Source: Amoebophrya sp. A120 | Taxonomy: Eukaryota > Protista > Dinoflagellata | Direction of reading: 5' to 3' | DNA: 64,000 nucleotides | Assembly: GCA_905178155.1 (NCBI GenBank) | Contig: CAJINV010000021.1 | Location: 982,579 to 1,046,578, forward strand | Part shown: piece by piece, positions 48,754 through 60,099 of the stretch | How the letters are laid out: each line of letters begins with the position of its first letter | Numbering within the stretch: position 1 is the stretch's first letter | Program-made: the position numbers and the translations under genes | Notes under the pieces: model-generated | What the model was told of the DNA's origin: nothing | The model's input: only the letters and a program-made list of their open reading frames with translations | Database searches by the model: none

Positions 48754-49898
48754 ATGTCCTCGGTGGTTGAACATGAATCTGATAACGGGACAACGGCAAA
48801 GCCAAAGCTTTTCCAGGACGTCGACTCGCGGGACGTCGAGCAACTTCAAAAAAGCTTACGAACACCGTCTCAGCGGGCTTTGTGGAAGCACATCGGAGAG
48901 ATTTCCGCATCGTCAGAACAAGCAAAGGACAAGATCAAACCTGCGCCGTTGCTGCTGCGGTCGAAGAGAAAGGCCGAGCAAGCGGGTCAAGACCATTATG
49001 ATGAGCAAGACGTCCAGTTGCCCTTGTGGGCCCTGTACCTGCTCGAGGGAGCGCGCAAGAGGCAGCTGGTTCGTGCTGCGGGTCTACAGCTGCACCAGAA
49101 CAAAGCCAGCGGGTTGGTGGATGTTGAAAGAGTCGCAGACCGACATGGAGATGAAGCTGGCGCTTCATCAGGAGGTGCTGTCCCTCACTCGCGAATTGGC
49201 GAATTCATCCCCTTGATTGTAACACCACCACCCGCAGCACAAGCAAAGCAGAGCCAGAGGTCGGCGTCCAGCACAGTGGCAGATCCTAAGCTGCAGGAGC
49301 TACAACATCGTGAAGAAGATATAGAAGGGGAGATTATCACGACACCACATCAAAACGTGCAACTACTTCTAGAACAACGAGCAAAGGCTATTACAATGAA
49401 AAATGCCCCCACCCCCGAACTTGAAAGCATTTGTATTGCAAATCTTTCCAAATGAAACATTCGCCCTCTTGCGTGTATCAGCATCACAGATTTCCGATCG
49501 TGAATAGCAAAAATTTGTATTGCAAAAGATCCCAGCAAGAGCGGTGCTTGTCATGCAAGCGATGCGAAACACGACTAGAATCTGCATCAGAAAGATTCTT
49601 ACTCCTTTCATGCATGACAAAAAGCTTTCATTTGGAAACTTCGCATCACAAATTGTTGCAATTGCAGGGGTGGGGGGCATTTTTCACTGTGATAAAGGCA
49701 GTGGCTTCAATGGTCTACTTCAGGTGCAACTCGCGGGAAGCGTGTTGGTCTCGATCATCGCACCTCAGTTGTACTACGGCGACCTTCGCGTTCTCCCGGG
49801 TGCCGCAAACTAAGTGGTTGTCAGAGCAGCTGGAATGCGCCATCATGATCGCATCCGGAAATAATGGTCTCGCGGACGCACCTACTTCGGCTTTCTGA
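48754..49898 (+). CDS. Hypothetical protein with 1 element-derived intron
   Basis: ORF 48667-49455 joins ORF 49431-49898 in frame (RAKA|VASMVY) on removing 49389-49694; no recognisable motif. Confidence 0.35.
49389..49694. mobile_element. Introner element, family F
   Basis: TATTACAATGAAAAATGCCCCCACCCC / GGGGTGGGGGGCATTTTTCACTGTGATA; TSD AAGGC. Confidence 0.92.
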
Positions 49899-50071
49899 AA
49901 GTGTATCGTCAAAGACGCTGCAGCATGAAAAGAATGCGCACTCCGTCGTGCGTAACATTCTCCACGATGGAGGGCTGCGACGTCTTCCATCTCTGCAGCT
50001 GATTCCATGCTGCGTTACATTATGCACGAGGGCGCCATGACATCGTAATACTGAGGCTAATAGGGCCCCCG

Positions 50072-51158
50072 CTATGAATGGAGACAGTGACACCACATCA
50101 AAAGTACTACTTCTCGCACAACTACATCTACAACAGCAACATCAAGCATTACAAAAGCAACAATAAATACGATTTCCTTCGAGAACATCTGCACCCCGTC
50201 TTCCAGCCGCTCCTTCTTGTCGACGAGCTCCTTTTCCCGCTTTTTCTGACTAGCGGTCTCGATCCGGATGGGGAGTTTGCGCATCTGCTCGCTTACCTCG
50301 TCCAGCTGGGTCGCGAACCACTCCAGTGTCAGGATTCGCTCTTTGTCCCCGACGAGTCTGCGTGCGGTTCATGTGAAGATGTTCTTGTTGATGGGACATC
50401 TTCATCACGAATTAATAGCACGACTGCAGCCTCAAAAATCTCGATCAGGATATCCTGCAGCCGCGAGCGGGGCCTGTCATCTTCACAAAGTAAAAATGTC
50501 GATCGTTCCAGAAGTATACCTGTATCCATCCGGAATCTTGATCTTGTTCGCTTCGGCTTCTTGTCGTGCGAGTTCATCTTCCTTTTCTTGCTTGAATTTC
50601 TGCAAATACCGCGGAATCGCTCCCGGCGCGTGCATCTTCTTCGGCCTGGTTGCTTGCGACGCGGCCACAGATGAGGGTGCTTCTGACATGGTGTCTGGTG
50701 TTTTCGTTTTTGAATGATAATGGAAGATGCGACGACGTCAACATCTTGATGTGTCTGTCGCATCGAAAAACTGCAGCGGTTCTGCCACTTCTATTTGACT
50801 TCCTTGTAACCTGTATACTGATCGGTGATCGAGGATCCGATCATATTTGTTCGTGAAAGAGTTTAATAGTAGTACCCATCGACCTCGGTGCCGCAGCAGC
50901 CCTTCCCGTGGCGACCCGCCTCACGCCGTTCCGCGGCACTGCCGACGCTGCACTACCTCCACCTACCCGCGCAGCAGCCGGTGTGGCCATGGAGGACGGA
51001 CCACTGTAGCTCTGCTTCGGCCTGGCTGCTCCACTTCCAAATCCTACGAGTGGTGGAGCGTCAGGTGCGCCGTCCATTGGCTGCACTTTAGCGGTTTGCT
51101 GTGCCTGCTGGAGCATCATCTCTCGAAACGCGGACCGGGGTCCCGATGCTGCGGCCAT
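50072..51158 (-). CDS. Enkurin-domain protein (ENKD1-like); canonical introns
   Basis: GAIPRYLQKFK...IPDGY|RLVGDKERILTL...RKLPIRIETASQKKREKEL..K..LEDGVQMFSKEIVFI fits the enkurin C-terminal domain pattern. Confidence 0.75.
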
Positions 51159-51845
51159 CGTGAGCCAGGTGCTCAAATACTTTAAAGCGAGAGGCTTGGT
51201 GCATGTGATACGAATAAACCGAATGAAATGAAGTGGGTTAGGATTCTTCCTCCCGTTTACTCCCTATTCCTTGCAAATGACGAAACGAGGACGGATATGA
51301 CAAACACACTCAGGAGAAGAAGAAAAATCGAAAAAGAGCCGCGAGATCTCATTATTTATGTGTCTGATCGTCACCGTTCCCGTTTGTCTTTTTAATGCGT
51401 TTGGATGCAGCGCAGCCAAAGGCCAAGTTCAAACCTGGTTCACTTTTGCAGCCGTTTTTGTCTCTCAAGGCATGTTTTTCAAGAATCAGATTCGACACTG
51501 ATACTCCACTCACTGGACCTATTTTCGCCGCACTGGGTTTGATCGCTCTGCAAACACATCACGACACTCACACATATTTATTGTTGCGGCTGTAGGGTAG
51601 TTCGCCAATCGCCTCCTTACCACGGAACGCGTTTGACCGGAAATCAGCATTCCTTCTGCATTCTTCGCAATGTAGATGTACGGACAAAAACACGCGTGAC
51701 CATTACTTTCTCCAACATCAGACCTCAGATCACAGTCTGACAGCCGCTGTACAAAAAATCGCATTATTTGTTTGATACAGAGTGGCGGCATGAGCAGTAA
51801 ATTCATTTCATCTTCCGAGGCCGGATTAAATGTAGGGTAAAATGT

Positions 51846-52344
51846 TCAGGGTACAAATAACATATCCGGTACTTCCGAGCTATTCGAGGCCTGATTAACA
51901 TCAGAAGCCACGGCGCACTTCAGCTCAATCACGTTTGTTTTCTCCGCGCAGGTAAACGATTTACCTTTACTCAACCGCAACCAGTAGGGGTTCCGCAGCC
52001 AGCGGGTCTGCATCAAGTCATTCGGCACACACGTCCACTCAAACAGTTGACTCTGTTTTCCCCATGGGAAATGCTTACTGCAGACGCAAAAGCCTTCCCA
52101 TTTGCCTTTTACGTTGGTGCACACCGTCCCATGCATGTCTTTCGGGTCGGTCGCGTCCTGTTGCATGGTGCTCGCAGCCTTCGCAGCCTCTTCCTGCTCA
52201 ACGTCCGTCGTGTCGGTAAACTCGGCGTCGAACGACATCTGGCCATTTTTCACGTCCTCCAACGCAACCGTGACCACGATCACGAGGAACTGGAGGAAGA
52301 GGATAACCCCCCCCCCTCAGAAGAAAGCTCGACGAGTACAACAT
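51846..52344 (-). CDS. Hypothetical Cys-containing secreted protein
   Basis: ORF 51846-52283; a hydrophobic signal-like N-terminus is one base out of frame at a C10 homopolymer (~52307-52316). Confidence 0.5.
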
Positions 52345-53387
52345 ACTGCGGTATGAGGACTACTTGAAGTACTAGTTTCCTCTCCAGACAAGTACTAGTT
52401 GTCGCCAACACTTCTAGAAGCAGATAGATACTCTTGTATGAGTATGTAAGTAGTGGAGTCAAGATTTCATGTGTTCTCTCTTGCAAATTCGATAATGATG
52501 AACAGAAAGGCTGTTTTAAAGAGCGCAGCTTCAGCACTGGAAGTACGAAAGCAGCACCATGTAGCAAGCTGCTTGGAAGTGTGATCTTTCTTTTTGTTTT
52601 CCCTTTTTCTTTTACGGATCAAATCCGTCCTTTTCGAGACATCGACATGGAATTGCTGATGAAGGTTTTTGAATCCGCAGCGGGGCAAAGACGGCATGTA
52701 CTTTACTACGCGCTAGCGGACGGGTTCATACCAGAAATTGTTGGACTGTGCCACCGTGGATAACAGTGGCGCTGTGTTGTACTGAAAAGTGCTTCTGGTA
52801 TAGGATGAAATCAAAAGCAACATAATACACCACATCGAAATCAAAAGGATATTTTGCGCGTGGTAAAAAATCGCGTGAAGCGTTCGTTTGCAGCGAAAAA
52901 GTTTCAATCTACGAGTACGTAGTATCCAAATGATGGGTGCGGCTTCACTTTCATGTATAAACAGATGCATGTCTGATGCGAGATGAAATAACAAACGTGA
53001 TTTTTTCTCTATCCAATAACTCGATCTGAAGAACTTAGCGTACTCTGATCAGAGTAAAAAATCATGGGCGCCATAGCGAGAATTGTAATTTTACCAAGAG
53101 CTGCCGATCGTGTTGCAGACACCAGAATTGGTGCTACACAGCGAACCGACAAGCAATCGGCGAAACCACGCATCCCGGCACCGAAGAGAGGCACCATAAA
53201 AACTCTACTCTGAAGACTTTATTTTCCAATTTGCGCAGGGTGAAACTACGTACTAGAGTGTTGCTGGCAAATGAAGGGCTAGAATCACCTACCATAAGTA
53301 CTACTTCAGAATAGCGTGATTACGAAAAATCCTCTACTGGACATAAAAATTTTCATCCAAAGAGACTTTGAAGCAGAGCATAGGTGG

Positions 53388-54322
53388 CTTTTTTCCCAAT
53401 TTGAATGTACTACGTACGTGAGGTGCATGACCTGACTAGTACCACCGTTCTATGTATAAATTTGTTTTTTCAAGTTGCGCGTGAGGTGAAACAAATTTGA
53501 TTATAGAAATTGAACGTACTACGCTCGTTGTCCCAAGTAGGACCAGAACCATTCTCCTTGCGGGATCATGGACAGTGTCTGATCTAGGACATCTTTATTT
53601 TTGAAGTCGCCGTGCGATATTTTCCTTCTTGCTTCGACTGTAAAAGTTTCGCGAAGATGACTGCATCTTCACAAACTAAGGAATCATGTTTGACGATGGC
53701 ACCAGCGGCGCTGTCGCGGTTTAGATGCCCAAGGGCTTGGCACCCGCGACCTCCTCGTCGATGTTCTTGCCCTCCTCCAAGGCCTGCTCCCACTTGTATG
53801 AAATGCAAAAATGTCTGGGTCAGGAAGAGTCGGGGCTTGTCATGCACATTTTGCATGACCCATCAAGTATGTGATGCTGATGCTAGCATCACAGATTTTT
53901 TGAGAGCTTCTTGATGCTTATTACGCATGACAAATCTTATTAATAGTATTACGCCCTCTCCGCGTGCCAAGAACTGACTCCTCTTGCTGCTCATGCAACA
54001 CAGATGTTTTTAGATTCCGCAGACAGCATTACAAGCCCAACTCTTCTAGACCCAAACACTTTTGCAATCCGTAGCTTGATGATCTGAGCGATGCCCTCGA
54101 TGAACAGGTTGCACAGCTGCACCTCATATCAAATGTAAAAATGTCTGGGTCTGGAAACTTGTGATGCTGGGCGGCGTCTCATGATGAGGCTACAAATGCT
54201 GGCTCAGCATGACAAATTTCTGAGCTCCTAGGTGTTGCCTATTCTGCATGACAAACTGCGTTTTGCATGACAGGAAATTGGGGCTCTTGGGTAACCTGCA
54301 TGACAGATTTAAGAGTCATGCC
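53388..54322. repeat. Segmental duplication copy 1 (identical by eye to 63066-64000)
   Basis: Same sequence at offset 9678; ORFs 53584-53856 and 63262-63534 are identical. Confidence 0.95.
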
Positions 54323-57016
54323 AGAGAAGCATGACAAATCGCGCATTCTTCCAGACCCAGGCATTTTTACACTTGATACCTCAGACATGCCCAACCGATC
54401 GGCGTTGGAGATGTCCCAGGTTCCGCCTGTGGTGGATGTTTCAAGGAAAATTGACAAGCGCGCATTTTGATTTTGGAGAAGGAGGAGGAGCTTCGCGTGT
54501 GAAGTGATACAGGTGTATAATTGTGGTACACTAACATCCAGGGACATGACATGCAATCAAAGAAGCTTTTCTTTCCTCTTGGGTTACCAGATCGCGCAAC
54601 CGATCGGTATAAAAATCTTCAGCACCATGTAGTGCACAGTTTTCGAATCGCCTGAATCTAAATTGTAAAGTTCTATACCAGTGGAGGCGGAGTCGACGCC
54701 AGCGGTACCGCGGGCCTGCAGCTTCATCTTCTTCAGGATGTCCTTGAAGTCCGGGCGGGCGGAGAACAGGGGGACCTTGACCATGGCGCCCGCGCGCAGA
54801 CCCGTACCCAGGTTGGAGGGGCAGGTGAGGATGAAGCCCAGGTGGTCGTTGTGCATGAAGTCGTACCCCTCGGACTTCAAGCAGTCCTGCACGGCCTTGG
54901 TGGCGTTGGCGAACCGCGTGAAGATGGCGGTGATGTTGTCACCCTTCTCCATGGAGTATGGACTGCAAACATGTCATCTCAGTCTGTAAGACGACTGCAG
55001 CTTGTGATGCTACACTTGTGGAATCTGCTCAACTCCGTAATGCCTCAGCAGTTCGCTTTTTTGCAACAGTAGCAACAACAGTTTGCAAGAGTATGGCATT
55101 TGCGATGCGGGAAGACAGGCATCAAGAAGCACATCTGCTTTCCTCCAGATGGATCCAGACACATTTGCAGTGGATATGGACACGATGCGCAGCTGGTCCT
55201 CCTCGTTGACCCAGTATCAAAAGGAAAAATCCCCCCTCCCCATATCGAAACGAAATTTCTGATGCTGGATTTGCGTACACAAATCAGGTCTGTCTTGCTG
55301 GAGAGGACTGCAGGCATATACCAAGCCTGGGTCGAGAGGTTTTGACGTAGGGGACTAGCATGACAGACGTCGGCCCTGTAAGCCCAACAGCATCACAAAC
55401 CGCCTGCATAATGCGGCGGACTCTCTGGCTTTGCCTTCTTGCAAGACAGACAGGATTTGTGACCTCAAGTCTGCATCACAATTTTTCAGACGAATGCGTT
55501 TTCAATATGGGGAGGGGGGATTTTTCCTCACAATACCCAGACGAAGAAGTTCTCGGCGTCGTTGTGGTAGATACCGCGGGCGTCGGGCCAGTGGCGACCG
55601 CAGCCGGAGGACAGCAACAGGGTGGAGTCCGGCTCCTGGAACAAGTTGCCGTTCTTGCGCAAGGCCTCCTCCTTCTCCTTGGTCATACCCTTCAACTCGG
55701 GCTCCATGGACTTGGACCCGTTCAACGGGAAGTACTGACCCTTCAACTCGCCCTCCATCTTCATCAGCCCCTTCACGCAGACACGCTCGGTCTCGCGGCG
55801 CTGCTCGAACGAGCACGCCGGGGGCAGCGGCAAGCCGCGCACGGAACGACCGGTGCGGCACCGGGTGGTCAAGACCTGATAAAAGAAACAGTTGCTTTTT
55901 AGATCACCAATCATGACGTTCGTCTCGCTGACCACAAACGACAAACCGGCACAACAATTATACGTTGTAGAGAAGTAGAACAAGACAAAACCTACGTATA
56001 AAACGTTTTTTTGTTTTTTTCTCATGATTACGTGTTCGATCAGCACGAAATAAAACCTCTAAACGACATAACGGCTCTTCAAAGTAAGTACGTATTTGCC
56101 AGAGGGGTCGATCTGGGTCTTGGACAACTTGGACACGTCCATGTCGGTCTCGTGCTTGGCGTCCGCGGCGTAACCGCCGTTCCGCTGGCCAACGACAATG
56201 TCGAACAAGTCCTTGAAGGTGGTGTAGCAGTCTTCATCACCCGCGACCTTCAATGAAATTGAATTGCGATTTTGTTTCAAACCTACACGTCGGTGGAAGT
56301 GTTGTTCCGCAAGACAGGAAATCATGCAAATAAGCCGAACGCTTGCTTTTTGCGAAGAAAGAACCACTGTACAATCAGACATGCGCTCACTCACTCTTGC
56401 ATGCACTTTGGCTCGTCCAGAGAATAAAACGAACTTTGCATACAAGTTAAAGAAATCATGCTGACTTAAGAGGAATCAGTACCAATCCGCAGGTCAAGAT
56501 GTGGGGGTGACCGGGGTTATCGATGCCGGTCTTGATGCACTTGGCCAAGGACACGCCGCCCGGGGTGGTGACGTTCTTGTACCTGTGATGCGGATAAAAG
56601 AAATTTCGGAAGTTTTTTCTATCCTATCTGCAGAGACGATCTTATCTGCATCTGAAAGGGCAAATATACCGCGGGGAAGACGTTGATTTACAAACCAAAA
56701 TTCAGAACCCGAAGTGAGACTACTTATGTCTAGGTCTGGATTTGCAAAAAATGCAAGACTTCAATGCCACAACAAGAATCTGTAATGCATGACTGCGAAC
56801 AATAAAGTACTTCTCGTAGATCTCCGGGTGGTCACGCAGGGCCATGGCCGCCAAGTTACCATGCTTGGAGAGGTCCGGGAGCTTCTCCGGGCACTTGTCA
56901 CCGGGGAAGGTGGCACCCTTCTCCTCGCAGTAGTACTCCTTGTCGCCGCAGCCGACCTTGATCCAGTCCGGCAGCTCGGCCAAGGTCTCGCACAATCCTT
57001 CCGGCGGGTAGGACAT
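53721..57016 (-). CDS. Creatine-kinase-like phosphagen (ATP:guanidino) kinase; 4 introner and 4 GT-AG introns
   Basis: PDLSKH, TGIDNPGHP, VAGDEDCY, RCRTGRSVRG, GRHWPDARGIYHN, W|VNEEDQLRIV|SMEKG, TCPSNLGTGLRAG, RGTAGVD, DISNADRLGMSE|VQL. Confidence 0.95.
53797..54073. mobile_element. Introner element, family A
   Basis: TATGAAATGCAAAAATGTCTGGGTC...TTTTGCAATCCGTA; flanks ACTTG/GCTTG. Confidence 0.9.
54127..54378. mobile_element. Introner element, family A
   Basis: Family A TIRs; TSD CCTCA. Confidence 0.94.
54957..55176. mobile_element. Introner element, degenerate family A
   Basis: TATGGACTGCAAACATGTC...GACACATTTGCAGTGGATA; flanks TGGAG/TGGAC. Confidence 0.85.
55215..55535. mobile_element. 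Introner element, family G
   Basis: TATCAAAAGGAAAAATCCCCCCTCCCCATAT / ATATGGGGAGGGGGGATTTTTCCTCACAATA; TSD CCCAG. Confidence 0.93.
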
Positions 57017-57693
57017 TGTTGGAAACTGGGGTTTTCGACTTAACGAAAGTGATTAGACTTAAGAAGCAGGCAACTGCGCTTGGTAAAACGCTTTGGTTTT
57101 AGGTTTAGCAGATAGTCTGCAGGTTACTCTTAAGGGAGAGGCGGAAAAGTCGTGAAAGCCACGAACTCTGAGTCTCTTCTGCTACGGTTTTGATTGGAAA
57201 AGACGGATTACAGGAAAGTTTAGTTTTGTCGTTCAAAAGGAAAAGAAAACCCGGAATTGAGTTGAAAAAAAGAATCGCTCCCGCACTCTTTGACATTAGA
57301 CAAAAAAATAACGCTCGGTAGGATTACTCTCTCTCTCTCCCATTAAAGCCTGTCGCATAGAAGATTGGTAAGACCACTGCGCCAACTTAAGTACCGACGT
57401 ACAATTGCTTTCCTCACAAAACCGATTTATTTAGCACGAATGCTCTTTTTGGCTTTGTTCACTTCAGCTGCTTGGCTGTATGTCAGAGACCGATGTTTGA
57501 ATGCTTCAACCCGACGAGTCGCCCCAAACAATCTGGTAAAATCAGTGATGTAGTACGAATTTACACTTTCCACTCGTACAAAGACGAGTTCAATACGGTC
57601 ACAAGATTTTGTTAGTTATTGCAACCTAGGCGTCGCTACTTTCAAGCGACGGACGTTCCACTTTCCTCTTTCAAGTTTCACACGACAGCAACT

Positions 57694-60099
57694 TTAATTC
57701 ATCGCAAGAAGTGATTGTTCTTGTAAAGGCGGTGCCAACTCCATCAAAGGACCAGCTGTACTTGCAGCAGTTCCCAAAAGCAGACGAGCGTTGCGGTCTG
57801 ACCTGGAAAGCACAGGTACAGCACCAGTCTGTGCAAGAAGTCGCTGTCCACCACCGATCCTGTACCGCGCTGCACGCTCCCGCAGCACAGGTGCCGCAGG
57901 CTCCGCGAGAAGGTGGAGGCACTCGATCAGTACGTGGTCCTCCACGACACCAACGCCGTTGATTGCGGAGAGCAGCAACCCAGCGCTCTTGGAATCCAAT
58001 ACGGTTCTTGTAGTGGGCATTTTTCCCGACGTTGAACCCTGCGAAGCGACACCTTCGTCATCAGTAGAAGGAGGTTCTTCGATAGCAAAAGCCTCAGAGA
58101 AGTCCTCGTCTCCACGTCTACTTTGATCCTCGTCGTCGATGTCGTCGTTGCCGCTCGCTGGTTGCGATGAATGTGAGTCTAAACCTGTCGATGTTGACAA
58201 AAATGCCCCCGTTCGTAGTCCTTGCAGATGCTCTTGGCCCTCTTTTCCAGAGAACGATCGTGGACCACGCATTTTTTCCGAAGTAGAATGTAACGCCTCG
58301 ACGATTGCAGGAAGCAGCGGCTGCACGTACTCGAAGAGTCCGTGTCTAGACCACAATCCGGTCTCCCCAAGGCAGGCTGCGATCTCGCAAGACGACGAGA
58401 GCTGCTCTGCAGTCAGCGGGACTGGTGATCGTCCCGGACGGAGCCTAGCGGCAGATCCCAGATTACCGACCACCTGCCGAGCAAAGATGGTTTGTTTCGT
58501 CAGGAGCTGCCCAGGAGGGACTGGATCGCTGCTACAATTTGGAAATGTTGAGCGTGAGACTCCACTGCCACTCAGTAGTGCAGCTGCAGTGACGGGTTTA
58601 AAGCTGTGCTGCTGCCCCTCCGCGAACAACCGAAGAGCTCTTTCGTCTTGCGCTCCCTCGCCAGGGGAACTGTAGTTGGTCGATCCCTTGTTCCCTGCTT
58701 CACTTCCAATCTTCCACTTCTTCTCAGTCAACGCCGGTTGCACTAACGAGACAGCGATCAAACGCGCCAAGCGAAGGTGAAGCTCGGGACAAAGGTCCCC
58801 AAATCGATGCAGAAGACTCCTCCAGAGTAGGTTTTGCACGTTTGAGAACGCGTCGTCTTCGGCATCTGCAGCTACAAAAGCGCTACCTCCACTTTGATTC
58901 TTCACACCCGAATTATCTTCTTGTGCATCTCCATCCTGCTTTCCAATTCCACACCTCGTCTCGTGCTTCGTCTTTTTGGGCGAAGGTGGCTTCGACTTGT
59001 CTGTTCCGTCTTCCCTTCTGCATGCTCGTTTCTGAAGCAGTTTTCTTTTTACCACTTGCAAACTCAGTAACAGTGTCGCCGCTAGCTCCGTGCTGAGGCA
59101 CGAGAAATAACCTTTGATTCCTGCTGCTGGATTTTTCGTGACCGCTCTGCGGCTCACAAGGTGAAGGATGCTCTGCAGTGCGTGCCCAATCAGCGTTTGC
59201 TCTCGTTCCGACAGCCGCGTACTGTTCTGTCGCAAGTACCACGAATACAGCAGGAAAAGGTCTGCAACGAAACGAGCGGTTAAGGGGATGTGAACTGCAA
59301 CTGCATGTGGTGGCACTGCGCCGCTATTCAGACAGTCATCATTTCCAGAAGCGGTGCAGCTGGCCTCTTCCCATGTAGTGCTTCTGCTTCCACCGACGCT
59401 TAATAACCCGTTCGGTATTGCGCTTCGCAACAGTTTGTGTTGCGGATACTCCACTCTGGCGAAGCATTTCGCGACAAAGACAAGCGTGTCGACATTATAA
59501 TCCTCGGTCGTGTTGTCCTCACGGCAGGCGGACGTTGCATGAACAGCACGGGGAGAGGTCTTCTTGGTCAAAAGAAGATGTCGTTGCACCCAGACTGCTG
59601 CTTCCCTGTAGAACGAGCAATCTTCTCCGCGGACGCCCGCTCTGGAGATCAAGCTCAACGTGCGCACCACGAAAGCGCGATCCTGTTCTTCTCCTGGAGC
59701 ACCACCATCCTCGTGCAACATATCGCCTACGCGACTACTCCTCCTGTCGCGGCGTCCACTTGCACTTGTTGTTTCCTGATGTTTCCTCAAAAACCGTCCA
59801 GCGATGCCGGCAAAGTGAAACCACAGCGCAGCGTCCAATCTCTTGTACTGAAGCGCTTGCTCCATCGCTTTCACTAGTCCCCTCCTCGTCCGTACATTTT
59901 CCTTTTCCCAGGAAACCGTCCGGAGAAACGACGGAAAATCGAAGGCGAACCCGCCTCGCCCGGGTCCAGCACGAGATGGGTTTTTACTCCTGATGGAGCA
60001 GGTCTTAGGCTTGGTCGTCCCACCTGGCAGCGGACGAGATGAGGCTGATGCTCTCGGCGCACCACAACTCGTTTTCGCAACACCTCGCACACGCGGCAT
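57694..60099 (-). CDS. Hypothetical 801-aa helical protein, intronless
   Basis: Long uninterrupted ORF with a basic N-terminus; no family assigned with confidence. Confidence 0.7.
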   Translation of the reverse strand: MPRVRGVAKTSCGAPRASASSRPLPGGTTKPKTCSIRSKNPSRAGPGRGGFAFDFPSFLRTVSWEKENVRTRRGLVKAMEQALQYKRLDAALWFHFAGIAGRFLRKHQETTSASGRRDRRSSRVGDMLHEDGGAPGEEQDRAFVVRTLSLISRAGVRGEDCSFYREAAVWVQRHLLLTKKTSPRAVHATSACREDNTTEDYNVDTLVFVAKCFARVEYPQHKLLRSAIPNGLLSVGGSRSTTWEEASCTASGNDDCLNSGAVPPHAVAVHIPLTARFVADLFLLYSWYLRQNSTRLSEREQTLIGHALQSILHLVSRRAVTKNPAAGIKGYFSCLSTELAATLLLSLQVVKRKLLQKRACRREDGTDKSKPPSPKKTKHETRCGIGKQDGDAQEDNSGVKNQSGGSAFVAADAEDDAFSNVQNLLWRSLLHRFGDLCPELHLRLARLIAVSLVQPALTEKKWKIGSEAGNKGSTNYSSPGEGAQDERALRLFAEGQQHSFKPVTAAALLSGSGVSRSTFPNCSSDPVPPGQLLTKQTIFARQVVGNLGSAARLRPGRSPVPLTAEQLSSSCEIAACLGETGLWSRHGLFEYVQPLLPAIVEALHSTSEKMRGPRSFSGKEGQEHLQGLRTGAFLSTSTGLDSHSSQPASGNDDIDDEDQSRRGDEDFSEAFAIEEPPSTDDEGVASQGSTSGKMPTTRTVLDSKSAGLLLSAINGVGVVEDHVLIECLHLLAEPAAPVLRERAARYRIGGGQRLLAQTGAVPVLSRSDRNARLLLGTAASTAGPLMELAPPLQEQSLLAMN

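Noticed and set aside
52307-52316. Programmed frameshift between a signal peptide and ORF 51846-52283
   Set aside because: It falls in a C10 homopolymer; a sequencing or assembly error is more likely
54127-54378. Strict 10- or 21-bp periodicity of the GCATGACA motif inside elements
   Set aside because: Hand-measured spacings (about 14-39 bp) are irregular; the claim cannot be supported without computation
57694-60099. 801-aa ORF as the transposase for the elements
   Set aside because: No recognisable DDE, HUH or recombinase motifs and no flanking TIRs or TSD
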